Assembly: GCA_003427395.1 (NCBI GenBank)
Contig: BFEA01000019.1
Location: 735,889 to 793,848 of the forward strand
DNA: 57,960 nt
Source: Chara braunii
Lineage: Eukaryota; Plantae; Charophyceae
Direction: 5' to 3'
Below are positions 26,674 through 38,351 of this stretch, piece after piece (position 1 is the first letter of the stretch; each line of letters begins with the position of its first letter). The notes below the pieces were generated by a model. That model did not search any database. It was not told the origin of the DNA and saw only the letters and a list, made by a program, of their open reading frames with translations. Position numbers and translations under genes: made by a program.

Positions 26674-29600
26674 TTCAATTCCCCCCACAACAACCCCAAT
26701 TCCACACAGATGAGAAGATTTAGAATCGAAGCAGTTTTTGTCCTATTGCAAACCATGAGACCACCAGTACCTCCTAAAAGTGCTCCGCTTGGCTGAACCG
26801 GGCCAAAGACTGGAAATCACGCCGTTTCCACTTGGCTGAACCGGGCCTACCGGCCCAGGCCCGTTCGTCCCAAAAATCATGCTCGTTAGACAATTTTTTG
26901 GTTTTCCTTTGGGTACGGTAGCCCTTCCATTTGTTCTTGCAACTTCCCTTTTACTATGCTCGCACGCACAAGGTTGCCCATGTTGATTGTGGTTGAGCAA
27001 CAACGGCCCACATCCCTTCGTCTCTTAATGGCCGACTTGCACCTCATGAAAGGAAGTAGGGTAAAGAGGAAGGTACAGTCCTGTTTATTTCATTTAGGAT
27101 CTTGAGCTCACTAATTTGTTTGTTCTCTCAATGATGCTCATCCATCTGTGATCTGCTAGCACCACGTAAGAGGAGGGTAAAGGGAAAGGGGTAGGAAGCG
27201 GAGTTCTATAGGGAGTGAGGAGCTAGGGAGAGAAACAGGGCAGGAGAGGAAGGGGAGTGCAAATGACATGACAAAGATATGATGAAGTTCACAAGAGTCA
27301 AAACACTCATCACTTGAGCAAACTACTCTAGAATGACACATGAGGCTAGTCAGCGTTTATGTTGCATAATATCTTGAGTTGAGTAGTCGTTGCCTCTGGT
27401 ACATGACCACCCCTACAAACCTGACAAGACCAGTTCGGGGTGAACTGCGGAAGCACCACATTCAGATCTCGCAGCTGAAGTTGCTGCACCAAATGGCAGG
27501 GTGTAAACAAATGCCATAGGCTACGTGGTTCCTACACACTAGGAACACGGAGGCATGCCAACCGCAATTGTAAAGATATTGTCGTTTCAGACCCTGTCTA
27601 CAGAGTGGGCAAAACATGTCAGGGTGCCATACATGAGTGCAGTACTATCATAGTGTTTCTCGCATGGGTTATCCCTTCATAGTCCTCATATGCTAGCCGG
27701 ATCTCAGGCGAGTAATCACTGAGAGGCATTGAGTAGGTTTCATAGGTTTCCATAGTATTTACTCCCTCTCTATGGGCAAATGGCGATGGGAATTTATCCA
27801 AAGCAAGAGTGCGTAGCTGCTGCAGGATTTGGCCTGCAACAATTTATCCTGATGGTGATATCCTTTCAGTATAGCGCTTTGCAGGTGATTTATATGCTAG
27901 TCTATTACCCACTTCAGGATGTTGCGCCTATTGTTTGTCTGGCGAGTGTCCAACAGTGCATGCGGGACATGCTAGGAGAGGATGTAATAGATGATGGCAT
28001 TGGGGATAGTCCACGCAGTAGAGATACATACTTTCTATCATAGCTTCCCAAAAGCATTGACGACACATGGCATGTTGCTTACATGTCAGCAAAAACGCAA
28101 GTTGATGCTCACAACTGTTTACACATGCATGTCGAGACCATGACGGCATGCTGGGTAAGCAATTAGAGGGTGGGAAAGATGAGTTCAAGGTAACGATGAC
28201 AGTTTTCGTGGTAGCGACTAGCAACGATCATCCCTTCATAGTGTTCGAAGCAGAGACTGCGATGTATGTATGCTAACCAAACTGTAGTTGTGTAACGACA
28301 GAATGGGATGACATAACCATCATCCTCTGGAGAGCCCCCCTCACTATCCGTGCTAAAATCTGTTCGATCTATACGGGGAGGACTCTTTGCTTGGCCATGC
28401 ACAGTGAAAGGAGGTGGTTCAACCGGATTGCTGTCCCAAGGTTGTAGAGCTTGCGGGTGCACATCAACACTCTGTCCTGGATGAACGAGCCAGACCGAGT
28501 GATGTTCTACCACTTGGTGATAGAAAGAGTTAATGTTTCTCACCATGTGCCCCTCACCACTATTGTCCCACAAAGCCCATGAATTATCTGCGAAAGTAAC
28601 AACCCCGAAATGACCTGGACCATGTAGGATGTATGCAAGAAAATTTGCATCTGCAATGACACGTGATTGTGCGGGGCATACTATAGTTGTAGTTGCCTAC
28701 CCATGAATGCCATAGAGAGAACTTCTATGTTCATGCCAGGTGCTACACTGTCGTAATCTGGGCAGATAACACGGTGATCTTCTTCTTTACAGCGGACAAT
28801 GTCTGCAAAACCGGATACAGTATAAGGGTTGCAATTGTAAACGAGGAGATATACATAGTGACATAGTACGCTGGACCTGTTTTCCAGCAGGTGATGCTCC
28901 CCACCAATAGATGGAGCCTCTCCCCAGGTGCTACCGGAGTCTGGTCTTATTAGCACCACTAGCACTGGTGGGGGCGTGTTAAAAAAAAAAAAAAAAAAAC
29001 ATAGTGGCCTCGTTTTAGCACTATGATATCATCTGATTCTACAGCCTGTGCGATCGAGGAAGGTTCATTCAGTTGTATAGATTGCACAGTTGGCGGAGAT
29101 TCATTGCCCTCTTGGCAATTTTCGCCAGGTGCCTTTGATTGTATGAACTCCATTGGTTCTAGTACACGCTCCAGAGCGAAATCACCTTCAGTCGGGGGCT
29201 CCATCAAATCACCAAAAGGTGGGTCATTGTCAATTCAGGCAAGGGAGCAGGTGGGGTTAAGTAGATAAGAAATTCGTAGGTCAGATGCAAGAAGCAGAAG
29301 CTGATCATCCGCAATTGTGCTCAGAGCGACTGCTAGTCGTGCGAGTTCTGCACAAGTAGCTGCATCTCATATCCGGTGCGCAAGCAGGCCTACAACACTG
29401 TCCTGGCTAGTGTGTATCAAGAACGATGATGTCGTTCCGTATAGCTGCAAGCACGTCGTCAAAGTAGATCTCGAACTTCTGCAGGGGGCATAGTGATCAT
29501 GCTACTGACCGCTGTTTCGGAGGTGGCAGTGAAGATGGGGAATGTCTCCGTCGAAGAAGTATTTGTAAAGGTCGATCTAACAACAGATGCCTCGACCGAT

Positions 29601-29790
29601 AGGGCCTTTGTGACGACCGATCTGAACATGAATGTGTTGATGATGAGGTGGATGACGAGGAGGTATCAAAGGAGGAAAAAGAAGAGGGAGAAGACAAAGA
29701 GGAAGAAAAAGAGGAGAAGGTACATAGTGGAGAGAATGCCGTAGTAAAAAAAGTCTGTGGGGTTGGGGGTAATGATGATGGTAGTGGTGG

Positions 29791-29825
<35 letters not shown>

Positions 29826-30229
29826 GCAGCGGTGGCGGCGGTGGTGGTGAGGGGTTGATGGTAATGGTGGTGAAGGAGGCGGCAACTTCGGCGGTGGTGA
29901 CGGTGAAGGTATATTTTCAGCAGCAGCAACAATCACCGTATTGGTAGGATGCAAACCTTCATCCCTTGCAGCCACTTTGGTAACGTTTACATTGTTTGTT
30001 GCGGCTGGCATGGTCTCCAACTGAGTTGGCATATCCACATTAGTGTCTGCCATTTCAGCAGAAATAATAGCAGAGGGCAGACCCGCTGCATTCGATTGTG
30101 TGGATGGCTGATGCTGCCCGTGGTCAAAATTGGTGTTGGCCACTGGTGGTGATCTATTGTGTGAAATTGTGTGGAGGACCTGTGCACAAATTAGCATTTG
30201 CCCAGTGCACCATGCTTTGAAACCAGTTT

Positions 30230-31020
30230 GAAAGTCATGTAGCATGAGTAGCTAGCCAACGCTGCCAGCCACGCACATATGCAGTCCATCCTCTAGCCAG
30301 GAGACTGGGAGGATGGCCCCTAACAAGCATATGTTGTGTCAGGGAAGTCACTGTTGTTTTTAAGTCGGTGGTATCGTTTCATATATGTTGTCCCATGAGC
30401 ACACATGCAAATTGGTAAGCTGGAGTACTAGAGGAAGCACTGGGATAATATATGACAGAGAATGTCCAATACTCATTCTTATCAAACACGCCAATGTGAG
30501 GTGAGCCATCTGGCCAAACCAGGATTCTTGCCTGAGGAAATACATGACCCATCTTGCTTAGTAGTGTCTTTGTACTCAAAACCATATCGAGCAGGAGAGG
30601 GTGATGATGTCTTCCAACATAGAATGTCATCAATGAATCGGTATGTGAATGCATAAGCTTGCGCAACGCGCAGATCTTGCTAACGAAGATCAGCGATGAG
30701 CTGTGTTTCATCCCAATGAATTACTTTGTTTCATCCCAATGAATCATGAGGTTGGCAATTTCTGGTCCGACACTAGTGCCCATAGGGATACCAACCACCT
30801 GATGGCCCAAACTGCCTTCCCTTGTGTAAAGACAAGTATTAGAGACCACAAACCGAACAAGCTGCTCTATAGTTGACACTAAAAAGGTGTCTGACCCATG
30901 TGAAGTGACCCACTCCCCATGGTGAGGACATCCCGCAATCATGACCATCTGTACTGGCCTTCTTCCCTGTGGGCCCCGTACCAAAGCATAATCATGTGCT
31001 TCATGAACAACGTTTAGACG
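30230..31020 (-). mobile_element. Decayed Penelope-like element RT, catalytic and thumb part
   Basis: QVVGIPMGTSVGPEIANL, TYRFIDDILCW (about 30612-30645) and GVFDKNEYWTFSVIYYPSASS...VLMGQ. Confidence 0.8.
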
Positions 31021-31890
31021 GCGCCTTGGTGATGGGGTAGTGATGAGGTAGAGATCGGACAGCGGGAGGGCAGGAGGATGGACCGTGACTCGATGTTGCC
31101 TGCCTTTTGAAAACACTTCAGTGTCATCTCCAACTTTGTGCTTCCTCCAGTAGTGTTACAGGTTAGCACGTTGGGTGAAGGGGAACTTGCCTTCGAGAGG
31201 AGGTGGGTCTCCTTGAGAAGTTCAGCCTTCTTATGACTTTTGGTCCTTGGTCTGTGTAGTGTTGTGGTAGGCGGTTGGTATGACGCGGACGGAAAGGAGG
31301 AACGCGTGCTTACGTGGAGCGGGAGGAGGATTGGAGGCGATATCGAGTGCCTTGATTTCGGTTTTTGTATACATCTCTGTCATCTACGGCACTCTCGCTG
31401 ATCACCACCAGCACCAACATCGGTGTCATCATCATTAGAGTGTCGCTCGTCACCATCATCATCAACAGGGCGTGATTTGACAGCATCATCACAGTAATGG
31501 TTTGTCATCATCATCAGGGCGCTGCTCGTCGGGCCGTGCATCAGGGGCGCAGCTCGTCACTCATTGTTGTATCTCCATCGTCAAATATCTCTCCATCATA
31601 TAGCACGGTTGGCAAAGCTTGACGTCATCATAGGACGTTGCTCATCATCATCATCTTTAGGTTATCATCGAAGGTGCTCGTCATCACACCATCATCATCT
31701 TGTAGTCGTCTAGGGCGCTGTGCGTCATCATCTTCATTATCATTATTGCTGACATCACCATCAACATCATCATTATTATGATGATCATCATCAGTACGTC
31801 ATCAATATCATCAACATCAACATTATCATGATCTTCATCATCATCATCATCATCATTATCGACATCACCATCATCATCGCTATCATCATT

Positions 31891-31922
<32 letters not shown>

Positions 31923-33619
31923 TTGTTTGTAATCATAGGGGATATTGGTGCTGCTCTTTGGTATAATCATCATCATTATTCTGTTTTCATTCTCATCATT
32001 ATCATCATCATCATCATCTTGTTTTCATTAGATGTTGCTCTGCATCAACAGGTGAGTTGGTTGTCACCATTATTCTCATTATCATCATCTTCAGGGTGAT
32101 GTCCATCGTCATCAACAAAATCCAACAAAATCCAAGCAAATGATATTTTGTTAAGTGTGTCATCAATAACTGTAGTCGGTTGGATCGGGTTATTCCCGGA
32201 GGGCTGAAAGGTGGGAAGGGGGTGGGGGGAGCTCTATCCTGCAGGGGCATCGCAAGGTGGGGGGGGAATGTCTCAAAGAGGGTAGGGGCGGAGTAAGGGG
32301 TTGCCTTATTCTGGGGCAAGGATTGTGTGTGGGTCAACATCAGTCCCTGCGGAGCCGAAAATGGGCAAGGGGCGGGGGGGCATGCTCTAGGTGGGAACTG
32401 CGTGCTCCTGGGGAAATTGGGGGAGAGGATTGGTCCTATATTGGGGCCGAGGGAGAGTGGGTGACTCTCCTCGGCGAAGGCAACGTAGGGTTGAGGGGGG
32501 AGGGGTAAGGGGAGGGAGAGGCGATCTCTCTCGAAGAAATCTATCATCCAATTTACTATAGCTTTCAATTTGGTTGCCTCTCGAGGAGGTTGTAGGAATA
32601 GGTGTTATCTAGCAAGCCATCTGTGATCCTGCGAGGGGTGGTCGAAAAGTCGATGGCCCTCGAAGACCGATGCTGGAGCAGCACTGGCCAGAGTCGGAGC
32701 CAGGTGGCGCAACTCTATGACCTAGCTTAGGGGGGGCGTGAGGCCTGGTAGAGAGCTCTTGGGGGCTGTTTGCGGGGGCAGTCCCAGTGGTCATCGAGGG
32801 TCATAACTGGAGCGGCAATGTGGATCGGTGTTGGAGCAAGGTGGTGCAACTCTGTAACCTAACCTGATGGGAGCATGAGGTCTGGAAGAGCTTCGGTTCG
32901 TGCTGAAATTAGCCATGCTGGTGGTGGTCGTAGGTGGATTGAATAAGTTTCACTTATCTGATTTGTGATGGGGAAACTTTTTGACACACATATTCTATTG
33001 ACTTTGTAGAGTCTAAAAAAAAAAAAAAGTCGGTTGTTTTTATGAATGTCTTAGGACTTTAGGGTTTCTTAGCAATCCATCATAGGCGGTTTCGATGCTG
33101 TTGTACTTAGTGATCCGTGGCCGTTCGATGTCAGAACGGCGCTGGCTGGTGCTGGGGTGTTGCCCTGTAACTTGCTGATGCAGGAGCGTGAGGCCTGGTA
33201 GAGAGATCTGGGGATGCTTTGGGGTGGGCATCCCAAGGGACGACCAAGGGTTGCTGCTGGGATGACGCTGGTCGAAGCTGGGGCGAGTTGTGTGGTGGGG
33301 GCGTGAGGCCTGGAAGAGCTCAGCAGGGAGTAAGACTGTGTTGGAAAGTCTTAGAAGGGCTTGTTAGGGATCCTGAGGGTTGTGAGCATTCATAGGACCT
33401 CTGTGGCAGCCTATTGCATGAATAATTCCTTAATGGGTCATTAAATATTCACAGACTGATCTTAGCGGAAGTCGTGTAATGGCCCCGATATCTCAAATGA
33501 TCTCAAATTTCTCAATGATCTGTACAATTCAATATGGGACGCTGGGCCTGGTTCCCAGCACGTGCTGCTCCCCACGAATAGATTGGAGCATTTGTTTGGA
33601 AAAAAAAATAATAATAATA

Positions 33620-34260
33620 AAATCTTGTCATGTGGAAGGTACGAAGTGCACAATTGTAAAATCCGTTAAATGAGGCGCACAACCTGGAAGGGATTCATGC
33701 ATTCTGCTTGAGATCCAGAATGAACTCCTCAACACTTTGCACAATCCAGCAACATTGTACACCACTTTCTTGATAAATGTCATTGTCCTTACTGCAGAGG
33801 GAGTTGATCACACCTTCAACGGCATAACTACGCAAGCGGGAGGCCATTGTTATACTTGCACACGAGGCTTATGCAAGGGCCCGTTGTGCAAATACAAAAC
33901 TGAAGGTCGGCAAGGTGTTGTGCAAGGTGCAAATCTGGAGTCGTTTTGCCAAGTAACTCCAAAAATTTGACAAAGGGCGGGTGAAGATTTGAGTGCTTTG
34001 AAGGCTGTCAGTAGGTCGATAGCCCCCGTGTTGGTCGAAAAACGCATGATGTTCGAGGATGCTGGCCCCAAACTCTAATGCTTGATTGTAGGTGGGACTA
34101 TCAGGAAGCCGTGACAACTTATACACGTACCAACACTTGCAACAAATTGCCAAGTTGTGCGATGTTTTACCCACAGGTCCTATGGCGAAATGCTGTTGTA
34201 GCTGCCGAAGAGATGTGTTGGCATCAAGTAGGGTGTGCAACATCTGTGCAACTTAGAGAG
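33620..34260 (-). mobile_element. Decayed Penelope-like element RT, N-terminal part
   Basis: Frameshifted motifs LQQHFAIGPVGKTSHNLAICCKCWY, LHKP, CWIVQSVEEF and DFT..LPHDKI. 5' end lies near a (TG)n tract at 34320. Confidence 0.7.
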
Positions 34261-34317
34261 ACTGTCAGCAATTATAAACTCGTTATGATGTTGATCTCAT
34301 GGTTGCTCTAAGCTTGG

Positions 34318-34369
<52 letters not shown>

Positions 34370-34703
34370 ACTAACGTCATATTGCACGGCCCAGGTTGCG
34401 GGCCGGTCACCACCTGCGGACGGCCCAGATCGCAGGCCGATGATCTGGCCCATCCGCAGGTGGTGACCGGCCCGCTATCTGGGCCGTGCGATACCGGTTC
34501 GGCCCGCCCAAACGACCCTTCTGCACGCGCGCCCGCACCCAGCCCTAAAATCGCCCTTCGAAGGGTTGTATATTTGCCCACCATTCGAAGGGGCGCGCTT
34601 CTCAATTGTCTCGCTACGGCATGCGACGTCACAGTACGACACACTACGGTGCGCGACGGCACGCGACGGCACGCGACGGCACGCGACGACACTCCCTCCT
34701 ACC

Positions 34704-34741
<38 letters not shown>

Positions 34742-34766
34742 GGCGCGCTACGGCACTCCCTTCTAC

Positions 34767-34821
<55 letters not shown>

Positions 34822-34828
<7 letters not shown>

Positions 34829-35180
34829 CTACGTGCTTCGGTGATCAGTGCTCCACGGACATTGGTGAACGTATGTTGGTGCTCTACGTGCTTTGGTAAT
34901 GGGTGCTCTACTTGCTTTGGTGATCGGTGCTCTACGTGCTTTGGCGATCCGTGCTCTACGTGCGTTGGTGAACGTGCTTTGGTGATCGGTGCTCTAGATG
35001 CGTTGGTGAACGTGCTTTGGTGATTGGTGCTCTAGATGCGTTGGTGAACGTGTGTTGGTGCTCTACGTGCTTTGGTGATCGGTGCTCTACGTGCGTTTGG
35101 TAAATGTGCGTTGGAGCTCTATGTGCTTTGGTAATCGGTGCTCTACGTGCTTTGATGATCGGTACTCTACGTGCTTTGAT

Positions 35181-35241
<61 letters not shown>

Positions 35242-36080
35242 NNNNNNNNNNNNNNNNNNNNNNNNNNNNNNNNNNNNNNNNNNNNNNNNNNNNNNNNNNN
35301 NNNNNNNNNNNNNNNNNNNNNNNNNNNNNNNNNNNNNNNNNNNNNNNNNNNNNNNNNNNNNNNNNNNNNNNNNNNNNNNNNNNNNNNNNNNNNNNNNNNN
35401 NNNNNNNNNNNNNNNNNNNNNNNNNNNNNNNNNNNNNNNNNNNNNNNNNNNNNNNNNNNNNNNNNNNNNNNNNNNNNNNNNNNNNNNNNNNNNNNNNNNN
35501 NNNNNNNNNNNNNNNNNNNNNNNNNNNNNNNNNNNNNNNNNNNNNNNNNNNNNNNNNNNNNNNNNNNNNNNNNNNNNNNNNNNNNNNNNNNNNNNNNNNN
35601 NNNNNNNNNNNNNNNNNNNNNNNNNNNNNNNNNNNNNNNNNNNNNNNNNNNNNNNNNNNNNNNNNNNNNNNNNNNNNNNNNNNNNNNNNNNNNNNNNNNN
35701 NNNNNNNNNNNNNNNNNNNNNNNNNNNNNNNNNNNNNNNNNNNNNNNNNNNNNNNNTCTCTGTGTGTGTGCTCTAATTCCTTCGGTGATCGGTGCTCCGA
35801 GTCTACGTGCGTTGGTGAACGCGCATTGGTGCTCTACGTGCTTTGGTGGTCGGTGCTCTACGGGCTTTGGTAATCGGTGCTCTACGTGCTTTGGTGATCG
35901 GTGCTCTACGTGCTTCGGTGATCGGTGCTTTACGTGCTTTGGTGATCGGTGCTCTACGTGCTTTGGTGAACGGTGATTGGTGCTCTATATGCTGTGGTGA
36001 TCGGTGCTCTACGTGCTTTGGTGATCGATGTTGTACATGCTTTGGTGATCGATGCTCTACGTGCGTTGGTGCTCTACGTG
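34822..36080. repeat. 24-bp minisatellite (gtgctctacgtgctttggtgatcg), interrupted by (CT)n and an N gap
   Basis: Many near-identical tandem copies. Confidence 0.9.
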
Positions 36081-36944
36081 TGTTGCGTACAACGAAGTTC
36101 TCCAAAGGTAGTTCGTAATAATTTTCAGGGCTAAACAAAGAAATGTATTCACTGTTTTTGGAAAATTTATAGATACTCATTTTTTTAGTAATTTGGGTTT
36201 CTTTCAATATTGTCATGCAGGCGCGACGCTCCAAAAGGACAATGCAGCCAATACACCTACCACGAGCAAGAGAACAAATGGAGACGAAACGCACGACAAC
36301 TCGCCACCGTCCGCAAACATTGCTGATCAAACGCCAAACAAACTGCCATTTACTACTGCTCCTACTGCAAACCTTGCAGATACTGAAACATGTCAACCAC
36401 TTCCTCCTTCCACAAACATAAACGCCTCTAATACTGCTCCTACTGAAAACCTTGCAGATGCTGCAACCTGTGAAGAACTTCCTCCTTCCACAAACATTAA
36501 CGCCTCGCAAAATAGTGTCGCCGCGCTTACCTAACTCACACCGTTGACAATTGTCAATCTAGATGATGATACCGCTTTGGATGATGCTCTGTGTAGTGCG
36601 GATATTCACGGTCTAAAATATGCACGAGCGAAAGTTGGCCCTTCACCATTCTCCCAGACCATGCTTACTTCTCCATCATTTTTACCTTCTACACAACATC
36701 GAGTTTGCCCACGCACACTGCAATTTCTCACTCCGCAGTCTACCACTTCACCGTCTTCACCGACCCAATCCCCGAGTTGGCATCACATGGTGAAGATCAC
36801 CGGTTTGCCAAACCTTATTGAATGCCTGCTTTGGGAAAATTTCTTTCCGACTACTTTGCATGTTCTTATATATCGTTACAAACAGAACTGCCCGGTAAAC
36901 CGTAGGCAGAGAGAGAGAAAAGGACAACAAACGAGGGGCTGTGA

Positions 36945-37002
36945 CAAACAGTTTCGTCGGAGTTTTACCAACTCATCAGGAGGCTGAACCCTCAACAGTC
37001 TG
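36945..37002 (-). ncRNA. Type III hammerhead ribozyme, intact core
   Basis: CAGACU-GUU^-GAGG guucag CCUC-CUGAUGA-GUUGG uaaaacu CCGAC-GAAA-CUGUUUG; one U-U mismatch in stem III. Confidence 0.8.
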
Positions 37003-38294
37003 CAGAATCCCCTCACTGATTACACTATAAATGATAATCTACCTTAACCAAAATCAAAGTAGACTATCACTCACCCACACCAGATGGAAAACTCTACAGA
37101 CTGTCGGTTCACACCCCATCACAAGCCAGCAAAACATCCACNNNNNNNNNNNNNNNNNNNNNNNNNNNNNNNNNNNNNNNNNNNNNNNNNNNNNNNNNNN
37201 NNNNNNNNNNNNNNNNNNNNNNNNNNNNNNNNNNNNNNNNNNNNNNNNNNNNNNNNNNNNNNNNNNNNNNNNNNNNNNNNNNNNNNNNNNNNNNNNNNNN
37301 NNNNNNNNNNNNNNNNNNNNNNNNNNNNNNNNNNNNNNNNNNNNNNNNNNNNNNNNNNNNNNNNNNNNNNNNNNNNNNNNNNNNNNNNNNNNNNNNNNNN
37401 NNNNNNNNNNNNNNNNNNNNNNNNNNNNNNNNNNNNNNNNNNNNNNNNNNNNNNNNNNNNNNNNNNNNNNNNNNNNNNNNNNNNNNNNNNNNNNNNNNNN
37501 NNNNNNNNNNNNNNNNNNNNNNNNNNNNNNNNNNNNNNNNNNNNNNNNNNNNNNNNNNNNNNNNNNNNNNNNNNNNNNNNNNNNNNNNNNNNNNNNNNNN
37601 NNNNNNNNNNNNNNNNNNNNNNNNNNNNNNNNNNNNNNNNNNNNNNNNNNNNNNNNNNNNNNNNNNNNNNNNNNNNNNNNNNNNNNNNNNNNNNNNNNNN
37701 NNNNNNNNNNNNNNNNNNNNNNNNNNNNNNNNNNNNNNNNNNNNNNNNNNNNNNNNNNNNNNNNNNNNNNNNNNNNNNNNNNNNNNNNNNNNNNNNNNNN
37801 NNNNNNNNNNNNNNNNNNNNNNNNNNNNNNNNNNNNNNNNNNNNNNNNNNNNNNNNNNNNNNNNNNNNNNNNNNNNNNNNNNNNNNNNNNNNNNNNNNNN
37901 NNNNNNNNNNNNNNNNNNNNNNNNNNNNNNNNNNNNNNNNNNNNNNNNNNNNNNNNNNNNNNNNNNNNNNNACCAAAATCAAAGTAGACTATCACTCACC
38001 CACACCAGATGGAAAACTCTACAGACTGTCGGTTCACACCCCATCACAAGCCAGCAAAACATCCACTAAACAAAGAAAGGTCTGTCACAGCCAAAANATA
38101 CACTCCAGACAAGCCGCTGGGACTAGAGGCACAGCATGGCCGCCTAGTAACGGCCCCGACCACTGCCGCTCAACCTGACCGAAAAAAACCGTAGCAGGCA
38201 GATTGCGAAGTCGTAGTATATATCGTCACAAACAAAACTGCCCTGTAAACCGTAGGCAGAGAGAGAGAGGAGGACAACAAACGAGGGGCTGTGA

Positions 38295-38351
38295 CAGACT
38301 GTTTCGTCAGAGTTTCACCGACTCATCAGGAGGCTGAACCCTCAACAATCT
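38295..38351 (-). ncRNA. Type III hammerhead ribozyme, intact core
   Basis: AGAUU-GUU^-GAGG guucag CCUC-CUGAUGA-GUCGG ugaaacu CUGAC-GAAA-CAGUCU; all three stems pair. Confidence 0.85.

Noticed and set aside
29577-30245. 222-aa His/Pro-rich ORF as a gene
   Set aside because: Driven by (GAT)n and (GGT)n repeats at the end of a decayed retroelement; no recognisable domain.
34822-36080. CRISPR-like arrays (24-bp repeat; also 8330-8585, 11940-12240 and 54800-54940)
   Set aside because: No unique spacers, no cas genes and a eukaryotic context; these are minisatellites.
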